DNA of 38,961 nt from a virus (Duplodnaviria; Caudoviricetes), in the IMG/VR virus record IMGVR_UViG_3300050160_000034, positions 1 to 38,961 of that record; one strand, written 5' to 3'. Position numbers and translations under genes: made by a program. How positions within the stretch are numbered: the stretch's first letter is position 1; each line of letters begins with the position of its first letter. A model generated the notes under the pieces. The model searched no databases. It had not been told where the DNA came from and was given only the letters and a program-made list of their open reading frames with translations. This document shows positions 15,761-25,971 of this stretch, one piece after another.

Positions 15761-17242
15761 TTAACGAAGTTCTGCCCACGTATCGAATCCAGTGTAAGAA
15801 ACGGAGTAACTTTGATTTGGCGGAACAATGCCTGTTACAGTTCCTCTCGAAGCTACTGTAGAAGCAATGGCTATCGTGTCAACAAGAAGCCCTGCAATAG
15901 TTAATTGGCAATTTCCACCTGTTGCGTTTGCGTATGTCATCTTTACAGTTATTGGTCTGCCAGTTGTGTTGTAGTATGTTGTGGCGCTAACTCTTGTGCC
16001 TGATGTAAATGTTTGCCAAGTCTGCCCATAACCTAAACTTGACAATGCTGCCATAGCTTGTCCACCATAGCCCTGAATAGTGCTTGGTGCAGTTGCCCAT
16101 GTGCCAGCCGTTGCTTGTGTTGATTCAATGTAACCAACCACGCGATAAGCAACACCAGTCCTTGATACAGTTGAATAAAACACGTTTGCAGAGTTTGAAG
16201 CGGCTGCAATCGCAGTCGTATTAATTACGCCTGTTTCACTTAAATCAACACCGCCTGCAAGATTAATAACAGCCAATTCCATTACGCCTGCATTGTTGAT
16301 TGCCACTGGTATCAATCTACTTTGTACACCGCTTGCTGTGCCTAGCGTTGCTGTAGATGGCACTGTGAGAGAGAGTGCAGTCGCATTGCTTAACGTAGTA
16401 ACTGCACCACTGGTTAGCGTGCTTGACCTAAAATCTAGTGTTGTTGGATTAAGCGTGATTGTCAGAGCGTTGGCAGAAACCGATGCTGTGAGCGGCTGAA
16501 TTTTTGATGTTGCAATCGGCACTGTGGTCATCATGACCCAATCAACGCCATCGTTAAACACTTCGCTTTGCCAGTTAATAGGCGCGACTGTTGATGTAAT
16601 AAATTGCTTCACACCATTTGAATCGTAATATTTAAAACCAAGTGCGGGCTGGCCTGATACTGCTAATGTTGGAGAGCCTGTTGGCGCTGCATTGAGCTTC
16701 ACAAAAAACATCTGATTCGCTGCGTTTGCTGATATTGCAGGGCTAGGCGTTAATGTAAATGCTGACGATGTGCCACCTGTTGTAAAAGCTGTCGCAGATT
16801 GGTTTTGCACAAGTTGCTGCACAAATGTATTAGTCGCACCACCAGCAGGCACTTGAAACACAGACCAGTTTGTTAATGTGCCAGAGCCAAATGCTTGACC
16901 TGATGGCACAGTAAAGTTTAAAACGCCTGTGCCTACCGTATATGATGTTACGCTTGCATTGACGTAGTTTGTATTGGGCGCTGCTACATCAACAACGCGA
17001 ATATCCATGCCAGCTAAAAAGCTCTTGTTTATTTGAACCGTAAGCGTTTTTGCGCCTGTACCAATAAGCATTGATGTGGTGGATGATGCAATAACAGAGT
17101 TTAAGCTCATGGCTAAAGCGGCCTGTGCAATCTCTTGTATTTTGTTTGGTAGCTGCACGTTGTGATAGTTTTCGCTATCCGTTTCAAACGTAGCTGGGCG
17201 CGTACCTGATGGTATGTTTACAAATGGGTCGGCAAGTGCCAT
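15761..17242 (-). CDS. Tail fibre/receptor-binding protein
   Basis: Thr/Ala/Ser-rich; C-terminal GYGQTWQ...YYNTTGRPI...VPP..SY...WAELR domain. Confidence 0.85.
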   Translation of the reverse strand: MALADPFVNIPSGTRPATFETDSENYHNVQLPNKIQEIAQAALAMSLNSVIASSTTSMLIGTGAKTLTVQINKSFLAGMDIRVVDVAAPNTNYVNASVTSYTVGTGVLNFTVPSGQAFGSGTLTNWSVFQVPAGGATNTFVQQLVQNQSATAFTTGGTSSAFTLTPSPAISANAANQMFFVKLNAAPTGSPTLAVSGQPALGFKYYDSNGVKQFITSTVAPINWQSEVFNDGVDWVMMTTVPIATSKIQPLTASVSANALTITLNPTTLDFRSSTLTSGAVTTLSNATALSLTVPSTATLGTASGVQSRLIPVAINNAGVMELAVINLAGGVDLSETGVINTTAIAAASNSANVFYSTVSRTGVAYRVVGYIESTQATAGTWATAPSTIQGYGGQAMAALSSLGYGQTWQTFTSGTRVSATTYYNTTGRPITVKMTYANATGGNCQLTIAGLLVDTIAIASTVASRGTVTGIVPPNQSYSVSYTGFDTWAELR

Positions 17243-17244
17243 AA

Positions 17245-18153
17245 CTAAAACTCCTCTAACTCTAATTGAATAACTGCGTGTGATGGGTAAGTCGCATCAA
17301 TTTCAAACCGCTTGTAAATACCCATGATGAGAAATAGCTCAAAGTAACTATCAATGTTTAAATCATCTAAGCCTGTGTAAATGGTTGGAACTGCGTTTAA
17401 TTGTGTTTGAGCGAAAAGCAAGTCATCCACATACGCTTTTTCTACTTGCAATGCAGCATTTACTGTTGGCTTGCTTGGGCGTTGAATCAACGTTGAAATA
17501 GTGCCGTCAAAGTTTCTGTCGTATGTTGAAAAGTTAAGCGCGCTACCACTAGATGAATAAGTGATTTTTCCGATGTACTGCTTTTTGCCAATAACCACAC
17601 CGCCACATTTGGCAATGCTTCCTTGATTATTCACAGTAATCACAATTTCAGAATTAGCAACAATCGGCAAATCAAGTCTAACCACTGATTTGATTTTTCT
17701 TAATGGCTTAAACGCCCAATCAAACCAGTTAATTGAATTGCGTTTATAAAGCGTTTGCGTGTAGCTGTAGATTGATGAGCCTGACAAAAACAACTCAATT
17801 TTTATGTCAGTGCCTTCTAAACCGACAACACCGATTGAATCAATTAATTCACTGAAAGCAAAACGCATCACCAATGAATCAGCTCTTGCGCTTTGCGTGT
17901 TTCTGATGTTATCGACTGCCGCCCATTTATTCGTAATGCCCGATTCTTTCCATCGCGTAGGTGTATTTTCTGGCAATCCTGCATCTGTACCAGCTAGAAT
18001 ATTTTTATACTTCATGTGATTAGGGCGGATGACCTCTTGACCTAATGTGTAAGCCGTTGCAGCAAGCCAAAACGCCTCACCAGTATCAGGTTCACTAATA
18101 TTTGATGAGATAAAATTAGCGTCTGCAATAGTCTTGGGGATGATTACATTCAT
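17245..18153 (-). CDS. Tail tip (distal tail-like) protein
   Basis: Follows the tape measure gene; W.A...Y.LG..V carbohydrate-binding-like motif and TNKWA. Confidence 0.7.
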   Translation of the reverse strand: MNVIIPKTIADANFISSNISEPDTGEAFWLAATAYTLGQEVIRPNHMKYKNILAGTDAGLPENTPTRWKESGITNKWAAVDNIRNTQSARADSLVMRFAFSELIDSIGVVGLEGTDIKIELFLSGSSIYSYTQTLYKRNSINWFDWAFKPLRKIKSVVRLDLPIVANSEIVITVNNQGSIAKCGGVVIGKKQYIGKITYSSSGSALNFSTYDRNFDGTISTLIQRPSKPTVNAALQVEKAYVDDLLFAQTQLNAVPTIYTGLDDLNIDSYFELFLIMGIYKRFEIDATYPSHAVIQLELEEF

Positions 18154-21100
18154 GTCACTGCTTTCGTTTGAATTGAATCGCCTAGCGGACTAACATTGAC
18201 AAGCACTTGTGCTGTGCGCTTGGTGTTGTCTTGTGTTTTATCAAGCGCAGTCTGCAAAGCGTCTACTCTTGCAATTAGCGTTGTCATTGCGTTTAACAAG
18301 TTAGGGTCGCTGGTGCTGATTGTGGTGTTGTTACTTGGCGTAATAGATGACATACCAACGCTTGTGTTATTGCTTGCGCCATAAGTCACCATTTCGCCAT
18401 TGTTGTAGCGATTAGCAAAGTCATTGCCGTAGTTATCAGCTAAGCCTTTGTAAAAGTTATAGTCAAACTGTGTCTTGAAGTTGCTAACATCTAATAGTTC
18501 GGTGCTACTTTTTAGTATTTCATTTTGTGACTCTAACTGTTTGTAGTAGGCATCCATTGCAGGCGCTAATGCAATCAAGCCATTAAACAAATTACTGCTT
18601 GATGTATCCGTTACCTTAATGCCATCAACAAGCGACCTAAAGTCATCACGTGATTTTGGTATTGCAGTTCCTAATGCAGAAAGCTGGCTTTGCAGTTGTT
18701 TGGTATAAGTATCAAACGCTTCTTGCTGTGTGTAAAAAAGACTTGTGTATGTACTAATAGCGTTTGCGCTTGCTGTGAGCTTTGCTGCATCACTCAAAAC
18801 AGAGTTTTTAAGCGCAAAGTTAATCGCATCAAATACAGGCGGTAAATCTTTAAGTGACTCTGAAAGTTGCTTGATAGTGGCAAGGTTTTGAATATCACCA
18901 AGCGCACTGTCAAGGCTAACACTTGAGCGTTTCACAATGCCTGCCAATACCTCTGGCAACTGCACAAAGCCTTTTTTAATGGCTTTAAGGAATGTTGTTG
19001 CTATGCCTTCTTGAAACCTGCCAGATTTAAACTCTACATCTGCATTTAACCCATTCTTGCTAATGTCTTTGCCAAGTGACAATAGGAATGTGTCGTATTT
19101 TTGTTGGTAATTTAATCCAAGCTTAAAGTTTTTAATGACACCTTCAAATGCCTTTGCATAAGCAAGCACACCATCACCAACACCAAGCGTATTGCCTGTT
19201 GCTACGCCACTGCCATTGCCTTTAGCATCGCTATTGCCATAAGAGCTAACAAGGCTTGAACCGTTTGAGCTAATGTTAGCGTTTGCATAGTATTTCGGGC
19301 GTGAAACGTGACCGCCACCAAACACACCGCCTAATACTTGACCAATAATTGCGCCACCAATAGGGCCAAGTGGAGTGAGTGAGCCAATAGCAGTAGCCGC
19401 GCCTGATATAGCAGCGCCTTTAAAGTTTCCTGTCAGAGCAGATAAAAATGCGCCAGCGTAAGGCAATGCGCTACTGATTGCGCTACTATTTTGAAATAAA
19501 GCCGCGCCCAATTTAGGCAAGCCCATGTTGCTAACAGTTTGTGAGAAACTTTGAACTGTTGCATCTAATGCCGCTAATTGACCACTTGAGCCGCTAGTAA
19601 AGAAGTCTAATATGCCTTTGCCAGAACTCAACCCGCTTAATACACTGCTACCTGTGCTTGCATTAGCTGAACCGCTTAAAACGCTTGCTACAGCGCCAGT
19701 GACAGGCGCTAATATCGCTTGAATCGTTGGTTGCAACACCAAAGACTTAAACATATTAATTAGCGTGTCTTTGAAGTTTTGAGCAAATGATTTGCCTTTT
19801 TCAAAGCCGCGCAATAAAGCGTCAGTCAATGAACGGTTAATATCTTTTGCTAAATCCTCATGCTGCTTTTTAATTTTTTCGTTAGCATCTTTGTCGGCTT
19901 TAACTCTTGCCTCTTGAATGGCTAATTCGTCAATAGCGGCATTAGTCTTAGCACGTTCTTTTGAAAGGTTTTTAAGTGCTGATATTTGTTGCTCAATGAA
20001 ATCAATTTTTTCTGCTGTTAAGCCATTGTTTCTAGCAATCGCTAAACCATCTTCATACTCTGCGATTGATTTATTTAGCGTGGCAAGCTCTAATGAATTT
20101 ACTGCCGACTCACTTAGCCCAAGAATATCAATTTTACGTTGGATTGATTCAGTTTCTTGCTTTTGTTTTTCAACTAAAAGACTTGTATCATCAACCATTG
20201 CTTGCAATGATTTTCTATATTCTTCTAAGGCTTTTTGTTGCTCAACATAAGCGTCAGCAGTAGCTTTAATGTCTGCTTCATCCTCAAGCCTAAACTGCTC
20301 TTTGATGGTGTCCATTGCAAGTTTGCGCTCTGCATTGGCATCTTTTTGTGCGGCCTTGTTTGCTTTTGTAGCGCCTGTTAAACCGTCAATGGTTGTCTGC
20401 GCGTCTTTAACGACCTTGTTGTAATCGGCTTGAGATATTTTGTTAGCGTCTAACTGAACTTTAGCAATACGCATAATTTCGTTTTGCTCTTTAATTTGCG
20501 CAGAAAGTAGCTTTACGCTGTCAGGCAATTTTTCTATACCAACATTGCCTGTTATAGCGCCAGCTTTTTTGTAAAGCTCTTGGATTTGCTCTAAACTCTT
20601 TTTAGCTAATTCAATTTCTTCTTGAGGCGCAGATACCATATTACCAAGCGCATTTTTTCTAGGCTTATAAGCATCAGCCAATCGTTTTGCAGCAGCATCT
20701 AAATCAGGCAATAATGCGTTTCCGCTTTCTTGTTGGCGCTGACTTTTGTTTAATTCGTCTAGCTTTCTTTGCGCCTCAATTATCGCGTTAGTGGCTTTCT
20801 GTGTTGCTGTTTCAGTCTTTTTGCCAAAATCAACAATCTTGTCACCGAATAAAACTAAGCCAGTTAATGCAATGCCAATCCATCCGCCAAATAATGAAAA
20901 TACTGTGCCTAATGCGCGTGTTGCTTTCGCGGCTGTTGTTGTCTTTTTATCAATGTCTGCAAGAACATTTACGTGTTCATTCAATAAGCCTAGATTTTTT
21001 GCGTAGTAAATCTTGTTTGAGTTTTTAGCTTGGCCTAATGCAAATTCAGCTTGTGTTGCCGCTAATGTCGCAGCCGCAGCACGTTCTTGAATGACTGTTT

Positions 21101-22016
21101 CTTTTATTAGCTCGGCTTGCTTTAATTTAGATGCGGCTATACCTGCCATTACGCCTTGTGAGTATTTAACAAGCGATACAACAGCACCAGCGATTGCAAT
21201 GTTTGCAAGTGTGCCAATATTGTCAGCTAAAAATGTGATGCCCTGTGCAATGCTTCTTGATGCGCCATTAGCCTTGTCCGCTTCACCGATATACTGTGTT
21301 AGATTGTTTCTAAATACAGTAAATGCGCTTGAGATTGTGCCGACTTGTTTTACTTGCTCACGTAGGCCATTTAAGAACTCTTGATTCGTAAATGCTTTTT
21401 TCAATTCCTCGCCAGTAATCTTGCCTTCTGCGCCTAGCTTTTTAAGCTCACCAAAAGTAACGCCCATTGAACGAGCTAACTCGCGTAATAGTAAAGGTGC
21501 GTTTTCTGCTACCGCACTAAACTCTTGACCGTTTAATCGACCAGCACCAAAGGCTTGCGAAAGTTGCAACATGACTGATGCACTCTCTGCCGTTGTCGCG
21601 TTAGATACGCGCAATGCGCTAGTGACAGTTTCAGTGATTGCAGAAACTTCTTTTTGAGTTGCGCCAAAGTCGCGCAAGTTGTTTGAGATACGAGCGTAAA
21701 GAACCCCTACGCCTTCAAGTGATGATTGTGACTGTCTAGCGATACGGATTGTTTCACCGTAGGCTTTGTTGTAATCCTCGACTGAATTAGTCGCTAGTTT
21801 TAGTTGTGAATCAAACTTTTTATAGCTATCTGCAATTTTCGCTACAGATGCCAAAGATGCGCCAGCACCAATGCTACCAAGCGCATTTTTAGCAAATCCG
21901 ACTGAACGCTCAATGCTTTTCATTGACGTATCAACCGTTTTAACGGCTTTGTTCATGTCAGAAGTCAAACGTGCCATGTCAGCAAATAACTTAATTTGCA
22001 GTGAGCCTATTTCCAT
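18150..22016 (-). CDS. Tape measure protein
   Basis: 1288 aa; QLSQAFGAGRLNGQEFSAVAEN tape-measure domain; long helical Ala-rich body. Confidence 0.96.
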   Translation of the reverse strand: MEIGSLQIKLFADMARLTSDMNKAVKTVDTSMKSIERSVGFAKNALGSIGAGASLASVAKIADSYKKFDSQLKLATNSVEDYNKAYGETIRIARQSQSSLEGVGVLYARISNNLRDFGATQKEVSAITETVTSALRVSNATTAESASVMLQLSQAFGAGRLNGQEFSAVAENAPLLLRELARSMGVTFGELKKLGAEGKITGEELKKAFTNQEFLNGLREQVKQVGTISSAFTVFRNNLTQYIGEADKANGASRSIAQGITFLADNIGTLANIAIAGAVVSLVKYSQGVMAGIAASKLKQAELIKETVIQERAAAATLAATQAEFALGQAKNSNKIYYAKNLGLLNEHVNVLADIDKKTTTAAKATRALGTVFSLFGGWIGIALTGLVLFGDKIVDFGKKTETATQKATNAIIEAQRKLDELNKSQRQQESGNALLPDLDAAAKRLADAYKPRKNALGNMVSAPQEEIELAKKSLEQIQELYKKAGAITGNVGIEKLPDSVKLLSAQIKEQNEIMRIAKVQLDANKISQADYNKVVKDAQTTIDGLTGATKANKAAQKDANAERKLAMDTIKEQFRLEDEADIKATADAYVEQQKALEEYRKSLQAMVDDTSLLVEKQKQETESIQRKIDILGLSESAVNSLELATLNKSIAEYEDGLAIARNNGLTAEKIDFIEQQISALKNLSKERAKTNAAIDELAIQEARVKADKDANEKIKKQHEDLAKDINRSLTDALLRGFEKGKSFAQNFKDTLINMFKSLVLQPTIQAILAPVTGAVASVLSGSANASTGSSVLSGLSSGKGILDFFTSGSSGQLAALDATVQSFSQTVSNMGLPKLGAALFQNSSAISSALPYAGAFLSALTGNFKGAAISGAATAIGSLTPLGPIGGAIIGQVLGGVFGGGHVSRPKYYANANISSNGSSLVSSYGNSDAKGNGSGVATGNTLGVGDGVLAYAKAFEGVIKNFKLGLNYQQKYDTFLLSLGKDISKNGLNADVEFKSGRFQEGIATTFLKAIKKGFVQLPEVLAGIVKRSSVSLDSALGDIQNLATIKQLSESLKDLPPVFDAINFALKNSVLSDAAKLTASANAISTYTSLFYTQQEAFDTYTKQLQSQLSALGTAIPKSRDDFRSLVDGIKVTDTSSSNLFNGLIALAPAMDAYYKQLESQNEILKSSTELLDVSNFKTQFDYNFYKGLADNYGNDFANRYNNGEMVTYGASNNTSVGMSSITPSNNTTISTSDPNLLNAMTTLIARVDALQTALDKTQDNTKRTAQVLVNVSPLGDSIQTKAVT

Positions 22017-22018
22017 GT

Positions 22019-22368
22019 TTAACCCTTATGAACGTCTATTAAGATTGAATCCATCATTTCAATCATTTCCAACTCCCAAGAGCTAAGTTGAATTTGATGA
22101 TTTGATTGATATGCTGCGATTTCTTGCTGACTGATACGGTTAATTCCACTCATGCCGTTTTGCCTTGTGAGGGAATTAAAAACCCGCCATACATAAGTTG
22201 CATAAGGCGGGATTTTGTTGTCTAACCGTGAATCAGATATTTTGTTGTTTTGATTGTAGGCAGCGATTAAATGCTGTCTTTCTGTTGAGCCATCCTTATG
22301 CCGCTTAGATAGCTCGAACTCTACTCTTACGGCATCCGCTATGCTTTGACGGATGCTTGAATAAAAAC
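22019..22368 (-). CDS. Tail assembly chaperone gpT portion (-1 frameshift extension)
   Basis: -1 frame open from the GTTTTTA site to TAA at 22019: ...EFELSKRHKDGSTERQHL...YVWRVFNSL.R.NGM...ISQQEIAAY...WELEMI..MD. Confidence 0.85.
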
Positions 22369-22767
22369 ATCATCTTTTTGCAAGGCTTCTAATACTTGTT
22401 TGCGTAGCCATTGATGTTTTTCTGATGTGTAGATTTTTCGTGCATTGTCTGCATTGAACACGTACTCTTTGCCGCCTTGCGTTAAATTCCAACCCAATGT
22501 GATAGCAACTAGATAATCGGTTTCGTCATCTAATTCTTCTACAGGGTCTAATGTTGGCAGTTTTTGTGTTTTGGCATAAATCGCTCTTAATTGGCGAGTT
22601 TTAGCTAAGTCAATTTTTTTACGTGCTGGATGCTCTGGGCTGGCTAAAGTAATAAAAGTGTTTGTTGGTTCTTTGGTTGCTGGATTAACCAAAAAGAAAT
22701 CTTTAGAAATAAGACTTTCAAAATCGTCTAAGTCTAAATCTGAATGTAGCTCTGATGCTTTTGTCAT
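22339..22767 (-). CDS. Tail assembly chaperone gpG-like
   Basis: Between tail tube and tape measure; LVAITLGWN...NARKIY...WLRKQV motif. Confidence 0.88.
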   Translation of the reverse strand: MTKASELHSDLDLDDFESLISKDFFLVNPATKEPTNTFITLASPEHPARKKIDLAKTRQLRAIYAKTQKLPTLDPVEELDDETDYLVAITLGWNLTQGGKEYVFNADNARKIYTSEKHQWLRKQVLEALQKDDVFIQASVKA

Positions 22768-22855
22768 GTTTTTTCCTTTGCGTGGGTTGTTTGCACGTAC
22801 CCCGCCAACACTCCCGCAAAGGAGTAGAAGGCGAGGCCGTTGCTGGTTAAGTTAT

Positions 22856-24067
22856 CTAAGCCTGACTGTCTTGGATAACGATTGTGGTACGCTCTGTATT
22901 AACACCAGAACCGCCAGCGTTGTTTAAAAGAGCTTGGAACTCAAATGTTTGAATTAAGCCAGTTTCGCCATCGTCTTTATTGGCTGAACCTAATTTGATA
23001 CGTGGCAATACAAAAGCAACAAAATCTGCTGATGCGCTGTTGTCGGTTGTAAATGCGCCAATTAAATCAATTTCAGTTTCGTTTAAGAAAACATCGCGCA
23101 ATGTTGTTGAATCAAAGTAAGCACTAAAGCTACCTGTTACAATCACGCGCCCTGCGTACATGGCTGGAATACTATTGCTACCAACTACAGCCTCACCAGT
23201 TTGACCAGCTTCAATGTTGATAGATAAACCTGTCAAACTAGCTAAAGTAGCACCGTTGCCACGCACCACACCGTTTACAGATGCAAGTACGCCTGTTGTT
23301 GTTAATGCTGTAGGTGATGTGAAGTATTGGGTTGGTGACGTTTCAACATCTTTCCCCATAAAGGTAATGTTTGCTGTTGCCAAGCCTGTAGGTGGCAAAT
23401 CAATCGCAATCGCAGAAGGCTTGCAACCAGTAAATACTTCTGATGCAGGCACATCAGCAAAAAAGTGTTCAATCGTGTATGAGTTATCAGTGTGGCCTGT
23501 TTGTGGAACAAAAGTCTTTTTGCCAAATTCTGTGATGGTTGTACTTGCAATAGGGCCTTCTGCTGTCATCACTGTGCCGTTAAGCACAATCACGTTAGCA
23601 ACCGTTGCAGTTAAACCAACAATCAATAAGTTTTTGTTAATATTGTTTACATTCAACGTGCCTACTGATAAGCGAATAACTGAACCAATTTTAAAGCCGT
23701 CAGTTAAATATGAACCTGCTGCGCGTGTCACAGTGTAATTAGGTGCTGTGCCTGCAATCGTTACACTGACTGCTGTTGCAGATACACCTGCGGTAAAGTC
23801 ACGTTTAAGAGTCGCACCAATGAACTCTGAATAAGTCTTAGGTGACAACTCGCCATTGATAGAGCCTTCAACTTTACGAACACCATGACGAAAATCTGAA
23901 ATCTGAAAGTCAGGGCGAATTTCGTTAGACTGATATGTGTCTTTGTTTAAAGACAAGTCTGAACTAACTCTGCGAATTAACTGTGCTGCTGATGCTGCTG
24001 GCTTAACGCCAAAAGTTACTTCTTTTTTGTATGTAACCTGTTTAAATAGTCCTGATGCGGTAGGCAT
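22856..24067 (-). CDS. Major tail tube protein
   Basis: YKKEVTFG, SNEIR, VEGSINGELS, SYTIE...FTGC and VTGSFSAYF motifs; position. Confidence 0.9.
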   Translation of the reverse strand: MPTASGLFKQVTYKKEVTFGVKPAASAAQLIRRVSSDLSLNKDTYQSNEIRPDFQISDFRHGVRKVEGSINGELSPKTYSEFIGATLKRDFTAGVSATAVSVTIAGTAPNYTVTRAAGSYLTDGFKIGSVIRLSVGTLNVNNINKNLLIVGLTATVANVIVLNGTVMTAEGPIASTTITEFGKKTFVPQTGHTDNSYTIEHFFADVPASEVFTGCKPSAIAIDLPPTGLATANITFMGKDVETSPTQYFTSPTALTTTGVLASVNGVVRGNGATLASLTGLSINIEAGQTGEAVVGSNSIPAMYAGRVIVTGSFSAYFDSTTLRDVFLNETEIDLIGAFTTDNSASADFVAFVLPRIKLGSANKDDGETGLIQTFEFQALLNNAGGSGVNTERTTIVIQDSQA

Positions 24068-24087
24068 AATTTATTCCTTTAGAAAAT

Positions 24088-24112
24088 AAAAAAGCCACCG
24101 TATAGGTGGCTT
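24088..24112 (-). terminator. Terminator-like hairpin upstream of the tail tube gene
   Basis: AAGCCACC-TATAC-GGTGGCTT followed by a T-run on the minus strand. Confidence 0.75.
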
Positions 24113-24131
24113 GTTGTAAAAATTGCTGTGG

Positions 24132-24539
24132 TTAATTTAATTCGTGATACGTAACTTTAAAATCAATCGTTTGGTAAAAAATACCAGCCTCATCATCCCT
24201 AAAGTCTGCGCCTGCTTGCTCTCTTACTATGCTAGAAACTATTACACCGTTAATTGTGCCTCTTTGGTAATTGCAGGCTTTTCTAACTAGCTCAAGAACA
24301 CTTTTAACAGTCTGGTAATCTTTAGCGGCTATGGTCACTTGTATGCGCGCTGTGACTAATGCGTAAAGAGAGTTTGCATCAATCGTTGTATTTTCAAATG
24401 TTGATACATGGTTGTAGGCAATCGCAGGCAGTACAGCGTCTAAGTCAATAAATCCTGCAAATACTCTTGTCGCTGGCACGACTGCATTTAATGCAGCATT
24501 GGTTGACAGCAACTTAAAAATAACTTTTTCTGCGCTCAA
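24132..24539 (-). CDS. Tail terminator/completion protein (DUF3168-like)
   Basis: LPAIAY...RIQVTI.A..Y pattern; position. Confidence 0.82.
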   Translation of the reverse strand: MSAEKVIFKLLSTNAALNAVVPATRVFAGFIDLDAVLPAIAYNHVSTFENTTIDANSLYALVTARIQVTIAAKDYQTVKSVLELVRKACNYQRGTINGVIVSSIVREQAGADFRDDEAGIFYQTIDFKVTYHELN

Positions 24540-25039
24540 TTATCACTCACTTCAATAGATGGTGCGTTTAGCCCTTGCGTTGTCAATCGCTCTTTAATTT
24601 TGCTACCAATCGCTCTAATTGCCTCTGGTGCTTTTGTATCTAATGCAGGGCGTAAAAACGGCTTTGCAATCGCGCCTGTATGTAGCACTTCTTTAATCGT
24701 TACCTTGTTGCCATCACGCGCTGTAAATTTAAGCATTTTGCCGCTTTTGGCTGTAATGGTATGTGCTGCTGTGCCGAACTCTACAAAGTTGGCATAGAAC
24801 GCTTTTTTACCGCCAGCTTTAGCATAGGCTTCAATCACGCCTTTTCTAGCGTCTGTAGATACTCTAATACTCTTAATCAATCGTTTTGATTTTGCTGGTG
24901 CGTTTGCTTTAGCTTCATTTGCAATTACTCTTGCGCCTGCGGCTAATGCTGAACGCATAACATTCCGCTCTAGCTTTTGCGGCAATGTTTTTAAGAACTC
25001 TGCAAGCTCTTTACCGCCAGTGATTATTAAATCAGCCAT
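24536..25039 (-). CDS. HK97 gp10-like tail component
   Basis: Start MADLIITGG; FYANFVEFGT and AKPFLRPALD motifs. Confidence 0.9.
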   Translation of the reverse strand: MADLIITGGKELAEFLKTLPQKLERNVMRSALAAGARVIANEAKANAPAKSKRLIKSIRVSTDARKGVIEAYAKAGGKKAFYANFVEFGTAAHTITAKSGKMLKFTARDGNKVTIKEVLHTGAIAKPFLRPALDTKAPEAIRAIGSKIKERLTTQGLNAPSIEVSDN

Positions 25040-25040
25040 G

Positions 25041-25379
25041 CTAAACCTCGTAATCCTCTGCCATGAACTCAATCCCTTCTCGTCTGCCAATTTCAGCAGG
25101 CTTAGATACGATTTGCAGGATTTGATTGTCGCGGTCTAACACAACTATACGCATGGTTGAATCAATGCCATTGTCATAGCGCATAGTCACACGGCAAGGG
25201 CGTTTTAAGAGGCGTAAATTTGTTTCTGTACTCTCTTGTTGCCTAGTCGTTACATCGTCAATCCTAGCCCATACTGTGCGATATTCAACCCATGTAATAA
25301 CTTGACTGCCATAGTTAGGGTCTTGCGCAGTTTGTTTTTTCTCTATGCGAACATAGCTATCTAATTTACCGATTTGCAT
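25041..25379 (-). CDS. Head closure protein (SPP1 gp16-like)
   Basis: GKLD..V.I...W....TVWA.I...MRY...I...MRI pattern. Confidence 0.88.
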   Translation of the reverse strand: MQIGKLDSYVRIEKKQTAQDPNYGSQVITWVEYRTVWARIDDVTTRQQESTETNLRLLKRPCRVTMRYDNGIDSTMRIVVLDRDNQILQIVSKPAEIGRREGIEFMAEDYEV

Positions 25380-25969
25380 TATTTGCCGAAATCTCTGCGA
25401 TATGGTTGCAATTTAACGTACACGCCCATTGGCAATGAATTAAACGATATGCGAGTATTGCCTAGCACATCTTCTTGCCTATTTTCGTAGTTGTTGCCAA
25501 CGATTAACTTAATTGCTTGCTTAACTGGTTCTGGCACGAACTCGCCTGACGTAATCACGCGAATTTTTACGTTGTTAGCTGAAATATTTGTGTCAGGCCA
25601 TTCTGTGTTAATTGCTCTAATAGCCCAATTTTTGTAGCTGTAGTTATCTAGAGTGTAAGCAGAATTTGATAATGTTTGCTCTGTATTATTTACATCAATG
25701 TACTTGATGCTCACGATTGATTTTGTAATTGATGGCAATTCAATATCTGCGTCAGGAAAATCATCTAATGCAATTTCAACTGTCTTTTCACTGAATGACC
25801 TGTCGCAATAGTCCTCACACCATTGACGCGCCTCTTTCCCAAAACTGGTTAATTGGTCATCGTCAGGGTGGGCTAATGGTGCGCCAAAGGCAACTAAACG
25901 ACATTGCTTGCGCAGCTCGTCTAATGTAACAGGTTCAACTGTTGCATCTACTATTAGCTTTGGAATCAT
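25379..25969 (-). CDS. Head-tail adaptor (HK97 gp6-like)
   Basis: EPVTLDE...AR.WCE.YC.R...VPEPVKQAI.L.V...YENR pattern. Confidence 0.9.
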   Translation of the reverse strand: MIPKLIVDATVEPVTLDELRKQCRLVAFGAPLAHPDDDQLTSFGKEARQWCEDYCDRSFSEKTVEIALDDFPDADIELPSITKSIVSIKYIDVNNTEQTLSNSAYTLDNYSYKNWAIRAINTEWPDTNISANNVKIRVITSGEFVPEPVKQAIKLIVGNNYENRQEDVLGNTRISFNSLPMGVYVKLQPYRRDFGK

Positions 25970-25971
25970 GA

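Noticed and set aside
15761-17242. DGR target or invertible tail-fibre cassette
   Set aside because: No reverse transcriptase, template repeat, invertase or duplicated fibre C-terminus seen.
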